From contig NC_009007.1 in the NCBI RefSeq assembly GCF_000012905.2, positions 32,968 through 64,967 on the forward strand: a stretch of 32,000 nt of DNA, in the 5' to 3' direction. Every line of letters starts with the position of its first letter. Position 1 is the stretch's first letter. This document shows, piece after piece, positions 1 to 8,356 of the stretch. A program made the translations under genes and the position numbers. The stretch is from Cereibacter sphaeroides 2.4.1. GTDB lineage: Bacteria > Pseudomonadota > Alphaproteobacteria > Rhodobacterales > Rhodobacteraceae. The notes beneath the pieces were generated by a model that saw only the letters and a program-made list of their open reading frames with translations, was not told the origin of the DNA and did no database searches.

Positions 1-843
1 GTGCTTGTAGGCCAGCGCCTGCCCCTCGGGCGTGTAGAGGAAATCGAGATAGGCCGTCGCCAGTTCGCGCTGCCCGTCCGAGGCGAGATTGCCCTCGACC
101 AGCGCCACCGGCGGCTCGGCCCGGATCGAGAGCGAGGGCACGACGATCTCGAACCGGTCGGGCCCGAGTTCCTCCAGCGCGAGCCAGGCCTCGTTCTCCC
201 AGGCCAGCAGCACGTCGCCGAGGCCGCGCTGAACGAAGGTCGTGGTGGCCCCGCGCGCGCCGGTGTCGAGCACCGGCACATGGGCATAGAGATCGTGGAG
301 GAAGGCCTTCGGATCCTGCCCGTTCTTCTCGGCCCAGGCCCAGGCCGCGAGGTAGTTCCAGCGCGCCCCGCCGCTGGTCTTGGGATTGGGCGTGATGACC
401 TGCACATCCTCCTTCACCAGATCGCCCCAGTCGGCGATCCCCTTGGGATTGCCCGACCGCACGAGGAAGACGATGGTCGAGGTATAGGGCGAGGAATTGT
501 GCGGCAGCCGGCTCTGCCAGTCGGCGGGGATCTTGCCCGACTTCGCCGCGACCGCATCGATGTCGGAGGCGAGCGCCAGCGTCACCACCTGCGCATCGAG
601 CCCGTCGATCACCGCCCGCGCCTGCGCGCCCGAGCCGCCGTGGCTGGTCTCGATCTCGGGCGCCTCGTGGCCCTCGGCCTCCCAAGCCTTGGCGAAGGCC
701 TCGTTCACGTCGCGGTAGAGCTCGCGCGTGGGGTCGTAGCTCACGTTCAGCAGGGTTTCGGCCGAGGCGGGGGCCCCGAGCCCCAGAGCCAGCGCGAGGC
801 CGGCTGTGGCAAGGCGCGGAAGGCGGGGGAAGAACTGCGTCAT
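1..843 (-). CDS. sbp: Sulfate/thiosulfate ABC transporter periplasmic binding protein (Sbp/CysP family). 5' part only; the 3' end runs off the window.
   Basis: Not in the supplied track because there is no stop inside the window. My reverse-complement translation from ATG (841-843) reads [50 protein letters not shown]...[21 protein letters not shown]...[20 protein letters not shown]. It stays open for 281 codons to base 1. It has a signal peptide, and an AGGAGAG SD sits just upstream of the ATG. The [14 protein letters not shown] block is the classic Sbp/CysP signature. Confidence 0.85.
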   Translation of the reverse strand, partial: MTQFFPRLPRLATAGLALALGLGAPASAETLLNVSYDPTRELYRDVNEAFAKAWEAEGHEAPEIETSHGGSGAQARAVIDGLDAQVVTLALASDIDAVAAKSGKIPADWQSRLPHNSSPYTSTIVFLVRSGNPKGIADWGDLVKEDVQVITPNPKTSGGARWNYLAAWAWAEKNGQDPKAFLHDLYAHVPVLDTGARGATTTFVQRGLGDVLLAWENEAWLALEELGPDRFEIVVPSLSIRAEPPVALVEGNLASDGQRELATAYLDFLYTPEGQALAYKH

Positions 844-1270
844 CTGTCTCTCCTGTCGAGGGGCGCGGGCCTTCGGGAAGGCCCGGTCCGGATCGTCCCG
901 GCCCCGGCCTCCGGAGGCCCGCCGCGGCGGGCCTGTTGCCGTCGGGCGGAGGCCTCCGGGCCTCCGGGGGGCGGGACGAAGGGGCGGGCGGTCGCATCCA
1001 TGATCGTCTCCCGGAAGGCCGGCGGTGCCGTCCCGACAATTACGACAGGGTTTATCGTCATTAGCAACAAAAAATATCTGGTGATCTTGTCGTGATTTGG
1101 AGAAGGATCTTCTCCACCCGGCCGCGCCGGCCGGGCGGCGGGAGAAGGGCCTGCTCTTTCGAGGGGGGATTCGCGGCCTCCGCCCGGGGGCTTGAGCGGA
1201 TCGAAGGCCGCCTGCCCGAGGCGGGGCGCGGCCTTGCGCCGGCCCGCCTTCGAGACCGCCGGATCGGCCG

Positions 1271-2170
1271 TCAGGCGGGGGGCACGAGGCTCCGGCGCGC
1301 CTCGGCGGCCACTTCCCGCGTCAGCGCCTCGAGCAGCCGCGCGCCCAGCCGGGCATGCTGCCAGTGCAGCGGCACGTCGAGCGGCCGCCCGGGGATGAGT
1401 TCGGCCAGCCGGCCTGCGGCCAGATGCGCCGCCACCAGCGGCAGAGGATTCATCGCCCAGCCGAGCCCCGCGAGGCTCGCATCGAGGAACCCTTGCGTCG
1501 AGGGCACCCAATGGGTCGGCGCCGCGAGCGGATGGCCGAAGGTCTCCTCGACCCAGCGCGCCTGCAGCCCGTCCTTCCGGTCGAAGCGGAGCACCGGCGC
1601 GCGCGCCAGCGCCGCCGCATCCACCCCTTGCGGGAAATGCCGCGCGAGAAAGGCGGGGCTTGCGGTGGCGAGATAGCGCAGCGCGCCCAGAGGCCGGGTC
1701 CGGCACCCCGAGACCGGCGCGGGATCGGCGGTGACGGCGGCCAGCACCTCGCCGTTGCGCAGACGCGCCGCCGTATGGTCCTCACCGTCGAGCACCAGAT
1801 CGAGGAGCGTCCCGGTGGCCGCCGAGAAGCGCGCCGCGGCGGGCAGGAACCAGCTGCCGAGCGAATCCGCCGTGACCGCCACGCGCAGCGTCGCCGGCCC
1901 CTCCTCGGCGCCCGCCAGAAGCGGCAGGTCGGCCGCGAGTTCCCCCTCGAGGAGGCGCACCCGCTCCATGTGGGCAGAGAGCCGCGCCCCGGCCTCGGTC
2001 GGCACCGGCGGCTGGCTGCGCACGACGAGCGTGGCCCCCACCCGCTCCTCGAGCGCGCGGATCCGCTGCGAGACGGCCGAGGGCGTCACGCCGAGCACGG
2101 CGGCCGCGCGCTCGAAGCCGCCCTCGCGCAGGACGGCGGCGAGGGCCGCGAGCGACGGATAGTCGAGCAT
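1271..2170 (-). CDS. argP: LysR-family transcriptional regulator, ArgP/IciA type (299 aa)
   Basis: This is the 3' 299 codons of the 766-aa track ORF. It starts [45 protein letters not shown], a helix-turn-helix typical of ArgP. It is divergent from a LysE/ArgO exporter gene, which is the canonical pairing. Confidence 0.85.
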   Translation of the reverse strand: MLDYPSLAALAAVLREGGFERAAAVLGVTPSAVSQRIRALEERVGATLVVRSQPPVPTEAGARLSAHMERVRLLEGELAADLPLLAGAEEGPATLRVAVTADSLGSWFLPAAARFSAATGTLLDLVLDGEDHTAARLRNGEVLAAVTADPAPVSGCRTRPLGALRYLATASPAFLARHFPQGVDAAALARAPVLRFDRKDGLQARWVEETFGHPLAAPTHWVPSTQGFLDASLAGLGWAMNPLPLVAAHLAAGRLAELIPGRPLDVPLHWQHARLGARLLEALTREVAAEARRSLVPPA

Positions 2171-2242
2171 CTGAAGTCTCGCTTCATCGGGATCAGTATC
2201 CTGAACTGGACTACACCCGTCCCTCGCGGCAGGAAAGCCGTC

Positions 2243-2869
2243 ATGACAGACCTCGCCCCCTTCCTCACCGGCTTCGGCCTCTCCCTGGGCCTGATCGTCG
2301 CCATCGGCGCGCAGAATGCCTTCGTGCTGCGGCAGGGGCTTCGGCGCGAACATGTGGGCGCGGTCGTGGCCTTCTGCGCGTTGGCCGATCTGGCGCTGAT
2401 CGCGGCGGGCGTAGCGGGTCTGGGAACGGTCCTCGGGCGCGCGCCCGGGCTGGTGACGGGTCTGTCGCTGGGCGGCGCGGCCTTCCTCGGCTGGTACGGG
2501 CTCTCGGCCCTGCGCCGGGCGCTGCACCCCGCGCGGCTGGTCGCGGAGACCGGAGGGGAGGCGCTGACGCGGGCGGGAGCGCTGGCCCGTGTGGCCGCCT
2601 TCACCTTCCTCAACCCCCATGTCTATCTCGACACCGTGCTTCTGGTGGGATCGGTCGGGGCGGCGCAGCCCACGGGCGCGCAGGGGCCCTTCGTGGCCGG
2701 CGCGGGCCTCGCCAGTCTGGTCTGGTTCGTGGCCTTGGGCTTCGGGGCCCGCCTGCTCGCGCCGCTTTTCGCTCGGCCGCGCGCCTGGCGGGTGCTTGAC
2801 CTGCTGGTGGGCGCCGTCATGATCCTTCTGGCCGGGGGCCTTCTGACCCGCGTCCTGTCCACCGCCTGA
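2243..2869 (+). CDS. argO: LysE/ArgO-family basic amino acid exporter (208 aa)
   Basis: ATG at 2243 lies inside the 1355..2869 track ORF. The protein is a multi-TM protein with GAQNAFVLRQGLRREHV and FLNPHVYLDTVLLVGS motifs like E. coli ArgO. It is divergent from argP. Confidence 0.85.
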   Translation: MTDLAPFLTGFGLSLGLIVAIGAQNAFVLRQGLRREHVGAVVAFCALADLALIAAGVAGLGTVLGRAPGLVTGLSLGGAAFLGWYGLSALRRALHPARLVAETGGEALTRAGALARVAAFTFLNPHVYLDTVLLVGSVGAAQPTGAQGPFVAGAGLASLVWFVALGFGARLLAPLFARPRAWRVLDLLVGAVMILLAGGLLTRVLSTA

Positions 2870-2890
2870 CCCGCCCGACCGGAGACGCCG

Positions 2891-3517
2891 ATGTATACGC
2901 CTGCCGCCTTCCGCATGGAGGAGCTGCCCGATCTGCACGCGGCGATGCGCGCCGCGGGCCTCGCCACCTTCGTGACCGGCACCGGCGCGGGCCTCATGGC
3001 CACCCCGCTGCCGCTGTTCCTCGCCCCCGACGAGGGGCCGCTCGGCACGCTCTACGGTCACCTCGCGCGGGCCAATCCGCAGCGGGCCGAGCCGCCCACC
3101 TGCGAGGCGCTGGCGATCTTCGGCGGGGCCGACGCCTATGTCACCCCGGCCTGGTATGCGACGAAGCGCGAGACCGGGCGGGTGGTGCCGACCTGGAACT
3201 ATGTGGCCGTCCATGCCTATGGCACGCCCGACTTCTTCGAGGATGCAACGCGGCTGCACGCGGTGGTGAGCCGCCTGACGGATCTGCACGAGGCCGCCCG
3301 GCCCGATCCCTGGGCGGTGACGGATGCGCCCGCCCCCTATATCCGCAGCCAGCTGAAGGGCATCGTCGGCCTCCGCCTGCCGATCGCGCGGATCGAGGGC
3401 AAACGGAAGATGAGCCAGAACCGCAGCGCGGAAGACCGCGCCGGCGTCGCGGCCGGATTGGCGGAAAGCGACCGCCCCGGCGACCGGGCGGCGGCAGGAC
3501 TGGTGCCGCTGGATTAG
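2891..3517 (+). CDS. paiB: PaiB-family FMN-binding negative transcriptional regulator (208 aa)
   Basis: The track ORF begins MYTPAAFRMEE...YGHLARANP...VPTWNYVAVHAYG...KMSQNR, which is the PaiB family pattern. It lies 21 nt after argO and has a GGAGA SD, so it is probably co-transcribed with argO. Confidence 0.8.
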   Translation: MYTPAAFRMEELPDLHAAMRAAGLATFVTGTGAGLMATPLPLFLAPDEGPLGTLYGHLARANPQRAEPPTCEALAIFGGADAYVTPAWYATKRETGRVVPTWNYVAVHAYGTPDFFEDATRLHAVVSRLTDLHEAARPDPWAVTDAPAPYIRSQLKGIVGLRLPIARIEGKRKMSQNRSAEDRAGVAAGLAESDRPGDRAAAGLVPLD

Positions 3518-3667
3518 CAGCCTCGAAGCGAACCGGGCCGCAGCGCCCTCGCCCTCCGTCAGGGGCCGCACCGCACACCTGTGACCTCGCCGATCTCTCG
3601 CGGATCGCGGTGAGGATAGCGGTGCCGGGGCGGGTCACGCTCCTGAGCGCCGGGGGCGCGGCCTGCC

Positions 3668-4177
3668 TCAGACGCCCGCGGCGGAGCCCGGCCCCTCGTG
3701 CTCCTCGGCGGCCTCGGGCAGGCGGATGGGGGCGGCGAGGATCTGCTCGGCCGCGGCGGGCACCCCCACGAGATCGGCGAGCGTCAGCGAGTCGATCAGC
3801 ACGAGATAGGACCAGAAGATCCCCGCGAAGACCTTGCGGATCCGGCAGGTCTCCTCGTCGGTGCAATCCTCGCATTTCTGGTAGGAGCGCCGCGAGAGGC
3901 AGGGCAGGGGCGCGATCGGCCCGTCGATCATCCGCAGAAGCTCGCTCAGCGGCACCTGCGCCGGCTCCTTGATCAGCAGATAGCCGCCCGAGCGCCCGCG
4001 CGTGCTGGCGATGTAGCCCGCGTTGCGGATGTCGAGCAGGATATGTTCGAGAAACCGCTTCGGCGTGCCGGAGCGTTGCGCGATATCCTCGATCCGGAGG
4101 GGTCGGCGGTCGCCGGACTTCTCCTCCGCGAGGACCATGAGGGCCTTCAGCGCATATTTCATCTTCTGGGTGATCAT
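3668..4177 (-). CDS. Rrf2-family transcriptional regulator with a C-terminal 4-Cys cluster (169 aa)
   Basis: It starts MITQKMKYALKALMVLAEE, an Rrf2 winged helix, and contains the Cys motif CLSRRSYQKCEDCTDEETC. The track start at 4186 is a TTG, so I prefer the ATG at 4177. Confidence 0.8.
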   Translation of the reverse strand: MITQKMKYALKALMVLAEEKSGDRRPLRIEDIAQRSGTPKRFLEHILLDIRNAGYIASTRGRSGGYLLIKEPAQVPLSELLRMIDGPIAPLPCLSRRSYQKCEDCTDEETCRIRKVFAGIFWSYLVLIDSLTLADLVGVPAAAEQILAAPIRLPEAAEEHEGPGSAAGV

Positions 4178-4658
4178 GCCAGCCAAGCTAGGGGGCGGGG
4201 GCCGGGATCACAAGAAAGATCCACAGGATCGGTCGTGTTTTCCTGACGCAGAGCCGACCGGGCCGCACCCTTGCCGGGAGGCCCGGGTCCCTGCGGGCGC
4301 CGTGACGGTCCGGGACCTTCCGAAGGAGACGCCGGAGAGCTCGGGGCGGCAGAGGGCGCGGGTCTCCGGTCCCATCGGCCCCGGCCGCGGCCGGACCTCG
4401 GGGAAAAAGGGGTCCCGGCCCGGCAGGCGCGGTCGCAGGTGCCGCCCGGACCTGCCTTGGCAGGTCGCGACCGGACGGCGGAGCCGGAGAGGCTCAAGCG
4501 GCCCGGGGCGCGGAAGGCTCCGGGACGGGAAAGCAGGAAAGGGGAAAGGAGGAGAGGCTGCGGCCGTCCGGGTCCGGAAGGGCCGCGCCCCGGTCCGGGA
4601 TCGGTCCCGGAGAGTGCATGGCGGGGGAGCCCCCCGCCCGGCGGCGCAGGGCCGCTCT

Positions 4659-4689
4659 GCCGGAGGATCTCCGGCGGCGGCCTTCGGCC
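4659..4689 (-). terminator. Two adjacent GC hairpins immediately after the 83-aa ORF
   Basis: GCCGGAG-gat-CTCCGGC occupies 4659-4675 and GGCC-ttc-GGCC occupies 4679-4689. Both lie directly 3' of the stop codon at 4691-4693. There is no U-tract. Confidence 0.4.
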
Positions 4690-4690
4690 C

Positions 4691-4942
4691 TCAGGAGAGG
4701 CGCTTGGCCTGGCTGCGGAAGAGGGCGAGCGCGCGGTAGATGTTGCGGCGGGTGTCGGCCAGCGGCGGGGCAGCCGGCGCCCGGGAGCCCGCGGAATGGG
4801 CCTCGGTATGCTGCCAGTGACCGCCGATCCGGGCCGTCCAGTGGTCGCCGTGATCCTCGAAATGGAAGGGGACCACCCCGTCCACCGTGCCCCGGGCCTC
4901 GACCGGGCCGTTCCGGGTGGTGATGTCGAATTCTAGTGCCAT
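4691..4942 (-). CDS. Small His-rich hypothetical protein (83 aa), family not recognised
   Basis: The sequence is MALEFDITTRNGPVEARGTVDGVVPFHFEDHGDHWTARIGGHWQHTEAHSAG...RNIYRALALFRSQAKRLS. The composition is normal, not R/P/G shadow. Third codon positions are strongly G/C by hand inspection. A purine-rich GAGAAAGAAG stretch sits just upstream of the ATG, and a sigma32-like promoter lies about 130 nt upstream. Confidence 0.55.
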   Translation of the reverse strand: MALEFDITTRNGPVEARGTVDGVVPFHFEDHGDHWTARIGGHWQHTEAHSAGSRAPAAPPLADTRRNIYRALALFRSQAKRLS

Positions 4943-5074
4943 GGTCTTCTTTCTCTTGGCGGCATTTGCCGCATCGTTGGGCGGCAATGGCCGCCGGGCT
5001 TCATTCAATGAAGGGATTTTTCGTCCGGCCTCCCGCAGGAGCGGAAGGATCCGCGCCGAGGTGGCCTGAGGCGG

Positions 5075-5101
5075 ATATAGGGCGCCGCGGCGCCGGTTCA
5101 A
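5075..5101 (-). promoter_or_regulatory. Sigma32 (RpoH)-type promoter candidate for the 83-aa ORF
   Basis: The minus strand reads TTGAAC-cggcgccgcggcg-CCCTATAT. This matches the sigma32 consensus TTGAAA-N13/15-CCCCATNT in both boxes and in the 13-nt spacer. Confidence 0.4.
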
Positions 5102-5366
5102 CCGGCAGGGGTCCGGGGCGCACCCCGGACCTGGGCGACCGGCGGCTCAGGACCCCGGGGCGGGCCGGGCGGGGAAGGGCGGACAGGCTCCTCCGAGGCC
5201 CGGCCCCCGACCCTGCGGCGCGCCGGGGAGGGCTCGGGCGCGGGTCCCCTTGCGTGACATGGTCACTGACCGGGGAGGCGCGCGCGCCTATGGGAGGGGG
5301 ACGGGACTGCGCGCCCGGCCCCTCCCCTCGCCCGCGTCCCGGGCGATCCATCGGAAAGACCGCCCC

Positions 5367-5711
5367 ATGAGCTACAAACAGAAGATCGACGACATCCGCG
5401 ACGAGCTGCGCAGCCTCTACAAGGCCGCCCCCGAGCAGACCCGGGGCTTCGGCACCCTCTCCAAGGCGGTGAAGGAGACGGGCGTGCTCGGGGTCAAGGA
5501 GAAGGAATGCGTGGCGCTCGGCATGGCGCTCGTGCAGCGCTGCGAGCCCTGCATCCTGCTCCATGTCGAGGCGCTGATGAAGGCCGGGGCCAGCCGCGAG
5601 GAGCTGAGCGACGTGCTGGCCATGGCGATCCAGATGAGCGGCGGCCCCGGCCTGATGTATGCGGCGAAGGCCTTGGCCTGCTGGGACGAGCTCGCCGCGG
5701 CGGGGGCCTGA
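5367..5711 (+). CDS. Carboxymuconolactone decarboxylase / AhpD-like family protein with a CxxC motif (114 aa)
   Basis: The sequence is MSYKQKIDDIRDELRSLYKAAPEQTRGFGTL...ALVQRCEPCILLHVEALMKAG. The CEPC and HV residues are typical of the CMD/AhpD family. A GGAAAG SD lies upstream. Confidence 0.8.
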   Translation: MSYKQKIDDIRDELRSLYKAAPEQTRGFGTLSKAVKETGVLGVKEKECVALGMALVQRCEPCILLHVEALMKAGASREELSDVLAMAIQMSGGPGLMYAAKALACWDELAAAGA

Positions 5712-5742
5712 CCCCCCAGCGGCGGCCGGCATTCAACAGGCC

Positions 5743-5767
5743 GCCCGAGGGCGGACGGCCCTCGGGC
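5743..5767. terminator. Bidirectional hairpin between the convergent CMD-family and exoD genes
   Basis: GCCCGAGGGC-ggacg-GCCCTCGGGC forms a perfect 10-bp stem with a 5-nt loop. Confidence 0.5.
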
Positions 5768-5875
5768 TCCTGCGGGACGGGCGCCCCGGCCTGGGACGAC
5801 CGGCCGGGCCTGACGCCGGGCGGGGCCCGCCTCTGCGACCCCCGTCACACGGGCGCTTCTCTTCGGAAGGAGGCC

Positions 5876-6463
5876 TCAGGCGCCGAAGCCCACCTGCCAG
5901 ATCAGGACCGGCACCGCCGAGAGCGGGATCAGCGAGACGAGGACGAGCACCCCGTCGCGGGTCAGGAGTCCCGCCGCGAAGAGGGCGATGGCGGCCGAGG
6001 CGATCGAGCCCGAGGTGGGGATCAGCTCCATGAAGGGCATGGCGAGCGTCAGCACGAGGATGCAGCCGAGCGGCAGGAACAGCCAGGGACGATGCACGAG
6101 GAAGGTGAGCCGCTTGCCGATATAGCGCTCGACCACCTGCAGCGGCTTGCGCAGCCACGAGATCCCCTTGCAGAGCATCCCGCTCGAGACCCGCCGGCGG
6201 GTGATGAGGCCCGGCAGCCAGACGCTCCTGCGCCCGAAGATCATCTGCACGGTCAGGATGAAGACGATGACGGCCACCGTGGCGGTGATGCCCGGGATCG
6301 CGCTCGCGGGCGAGACCGCGATCAGCGAGAAGACGAGCATGAGCGAGGCGAAGGAGCGCTCGCCCAGCCGGTCGACGATCTCCTGGACCGCGATCTCCTC
6401 GCCCTGAATCGCGTCTTCCAGCTCGTCCAGAACGTCGCTCAGCGCCCTCGTGCGTTCGACCAT
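5876..6463 (-). CDS. exoD: ExoD-family exopolysaccharide synthesis membrane protein (195 aa)
   Basis: The N-terminus is MVERTRALSDVLDELEDAI...EIVDRLGERSFASLMLVFSLIA, followed by several TM segments, which is the ExoD family pattern. It lies 91 nt downstream of modC on the same strand and has a GGGGAG SD. Confidence 0.75.
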   Translation of the reverse strand: MVERTRALSDVLDELEDAIQGEEIAVQEIVDRLGERSFASLMLVFSLIAVSPASAIPGITATVAVIVFILTVQMIFGRRSVWLPGLITRRRVSSGMLCKGISWLRKPLQVVERYIGKRLTFLVHRPWLFLPLGCILVLTLAMPFMELIPTSGSIASAAIALFAAGLLTRDGVLVLVSLIPLSAVPVLIWQVGFGA

Positions 6464-6554
6464 CTCGTTCTCCCCGGGTGCCGGCAGGAACGGCGCGGCC
6501 CGCCGCTGGTTCCGGCAGCCCCCGATCTCTCAGGCCCGGAGCGCGGGCGGAGCG

Positions 6555-7661
6555 TCAGGAGGGCTCGCCCGTCCCGCCCACATTCTCGGGCGCGACCGCC
6601 ACCGTCTTCAGCACCGCATAGGCCCGCCGGCCGGGCGCGAGATCGAGAAGGCGCAGCGAGCGCCGCGTGATGCGCGCGAGCAGCGCCTCGCCCTCGACCG
6701 AGAGCCGCACCAGCGCATCCCGCTCGCCCGGCAGGATCTCCTCGATCCGCCCCGGCAGCACGTTCAGCGCCGAGATCCCCTGCGGCGGGGAAAGGGCCAG
6801 CATCACATCCTGCGCGAGGATCCGCAGGCGCAGCGGCGCGCCCTCGGGCAGGGCCTCGAGCGCGGGCGTGAGCGGCAGCCAGAGCGGGCCGCCGCCGCTG
6901 TCCAGCCGCACGAGCCCGTCGGCCTCGGCCGGGCCCCGCCGCGCGGCCAGAAGCGCGCCCGCCTCGCGGATGCCGAGCGCACGGGCCGCGGCCGGGCTCG
7001 AGAGCACCTGCGCGGCCGGGCCCGCCGCCACCACGCGCCCCGCCTCGAGCAGGATCACGGTGGTGGCCAGCCGCGCCACCTCGGCCACCGAATGGCTCAC
7101 ATAGAGGATGGGCAGATGCAGCTCGTCGCGCAGCCGCTCGAGATAGGGCAGGATCTCGGCCTTGCGGCCCTCGTCGAGCGCGGCCAGCGGCTCGTCCATC
7201 AGGAGGAGCCGCGGGTCCGACAGGATCGCCCGGCCGAGCGCCACGCGCTGCTTCTCGCCGCCCGAGAGCCCGCCGGGCCTGCGCGCCAGAAGCGTCCCGA
7301 GCCCCAGCATCTCGACCACCCGGTCGAAATCGGCCCGCCGCGGCCCCCGCGAGAACCAGCGCCCGTAAAGCAGGTTCTGCCGCACGCTCAGATGCGGCAG
7401 AAGCCGCGCATCCTGAAAGACATAGCCCACCCGGCGGCGGTGAGGCGGCAGCCAGAGCCCGGCCTCGGTGTCGAGAAGCCGCTCGCCCTGCGCCAGCACC
7501 CGGCCGCGGTCGGGGCGCAGGAGGCCCGCCACCGCATTGACCACGGTGGTCTTGCCCGAGCCCGAATGGCCGAAGAGGGCGGTGACGCCCGCGGGCGCCT
7601 CGAAGGCCGTGTCGAGGGCGAATTCCCCGAACCGGTGCTGCAGCGCGACCGAGAGCGTCAT
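6555..7661 (-). CDS. modC: Molybdate ABC transporter ATP-binding protein with a C-terminal TOBE domain (368 aa)
   Basis: It starts MTLSVALQHRF and has Walker A GHSGSGKTT, the signature LSGGEKQRV, and a C-terminal TOBE-like tail (NVLPGRIEEI...). Its ATG overlaps the modB stop as ATGA at 7658-7661. Confidence 0.9.
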   Translation of the reverse strand: MTLSVALQHRFGEFALDTAFEAPAGVTALFGHSGSGKTTVVNAVAGLLRPDRGRVLAQGERLLDTEAGLWLPPHRRRVGYVFQDARLLPHLSVRQNLLYGRWFSRGPRRADFDRVVEMLGLGTLLARRPGGLSGGEKQRVALGRAILSDPRLLLMDEPLAALDEGRKAEILPYLERLRDELHLPILYVSHSVAEVARLATTVILLEAGRVVAAGPAAQVLSSPAAARALGIREAGALLAARRGPAEADGLVRLDSGGGPLWLPLTPALEALPEGAPLRLRILAQDVMLALSPPQGISALNVLPGRIEEILPGERDALVRLSVEGEALLARITRRSLRLLDLAPGRRAYAVLKTVAVAPENVGGTGEPS

Positions 7662-8356
7662 GCGCCGGCGATCCGGCGGGCGATCGCGCGGCTCAGCCAT
7701 TCCGACAGAAGCAGCGCGGTCATGGCCACGAGGATCGCCACGAGCACGAGGCGGGCCGCGTTGCTCTCGCCGCCCGGCACCTGCAGGAAGCTGTAGATCG
7801 CCGAGGGCAGGGTCTGGGTCTGGCCGGGGATGTTCGACACGAAGGTGATGGTGGCGCCGAACTCGCCCATGGCCTTGGCGAAGGCGAGGATCGCGCCCGC
7901 CACGACCCCGGGCAGGATGAGCGGCAGGGTCACGGTCAGGAACACCCAGGGCCGCGAGGCGCCGAGCGTCGAGGCCGCCTGCTCGAGCCGGGGATCGACC
8001 GCCTCGAGCGCCAGACGGATCGCGCGGACCATGAGCGGAAAGCCCATGATCCCCGCCGCGAGCGCCGCTCCCGTCCAGCGGAAGGCGAAGACGATGCCGA
8101 ACCACTGGTCGAGATACTGGCCCACGCTGCCCCGCCGCCCGAAGGTCATGAGCAGCAGATAGCCCGTGACCACCGGCGGCAGGATCAGCGGCAGATGGAC
8201 GAGCCCGTTCAGCAGGGCCTTCCCCGGAAAGCGTCCGCGGGCGAGCGCCAGCGCCACGAGAATGCCGAAGGGCAGGCTCACGAGCGTGGCCACGGTCGAG
8301 ACGCGCAGCGACAGGGCCACGGCGCGCCATTCGTCGGGGGAAAGCCAGTCGGTCAT
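7658..8356 (-). CDS. modB: Molybdate ABC transporter permease (232 aa)
   Basis: The sequence is MTDWLSPDEWRAVALSLRVS...FAKAMGEFGATITFVSNIPGQTQTLP, which is ModB-typical. The ATG at 8356 overlaps the modA TGA by 1 nt (TGATG). The track start at 8359 is a GTG. Confidence 0.9.
   Translation of the reverse strand: MTDWLSPDEWRAVALSLRVSTVATLVSLPFGILVALALARGRFPGKALLNGLVHLPLILPPVVTGYLLLMTFGRRGSVGQYLDQWFGIVFAFRWTGAALAAGIMGFPLMVRAIRLALEAVDPRLEQAASTLGASRPWVFLTVTLPLILPGVVAGAILAFAKAMGEFGATITFVSNIPGQTQTLPSAIYSFLQVPGGESNAARLVLVAILVAMTALLLSEWLSRAIARRIAGA

Noticed and set aside
1-1095. 364-aa plus-strand track ORF at the window start
   Set aside because: Its composition is Arg/Gly/Pro-rich. It is the antisense shadow of a clearly recognisable sulfate-binding protein gene on the minus strand (1-843).
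1271-3571. 766-aa minus-strand ORF
   Set aside because: Only the last 299 codons (1271-2170, ArgP-like) look like protein. The upstream part is R/G/P/E-rich shadow running antisense to the well-supported argO and paiB genes.
4023-4936. Track ORFs 4023..4739 +, 4271..4936 + and 4174..4497 - in the Rrf2 / small-ORF spacer
   Set aside because: They are Arg/Gly/Pro-rich, lack SD sequences and have no family resemblance. I treat the region as non-coding and structured.
5091-5106. GGTTCAACC, and a similar string at 31241-31252, as tRNA T-arm-like sequences
   Set aside because: No acceptor, D or anticodon arms can be built around either string. The first is better explained as the -35 box (TTGAAC on the minus strand) of the sigma32-like promoter.
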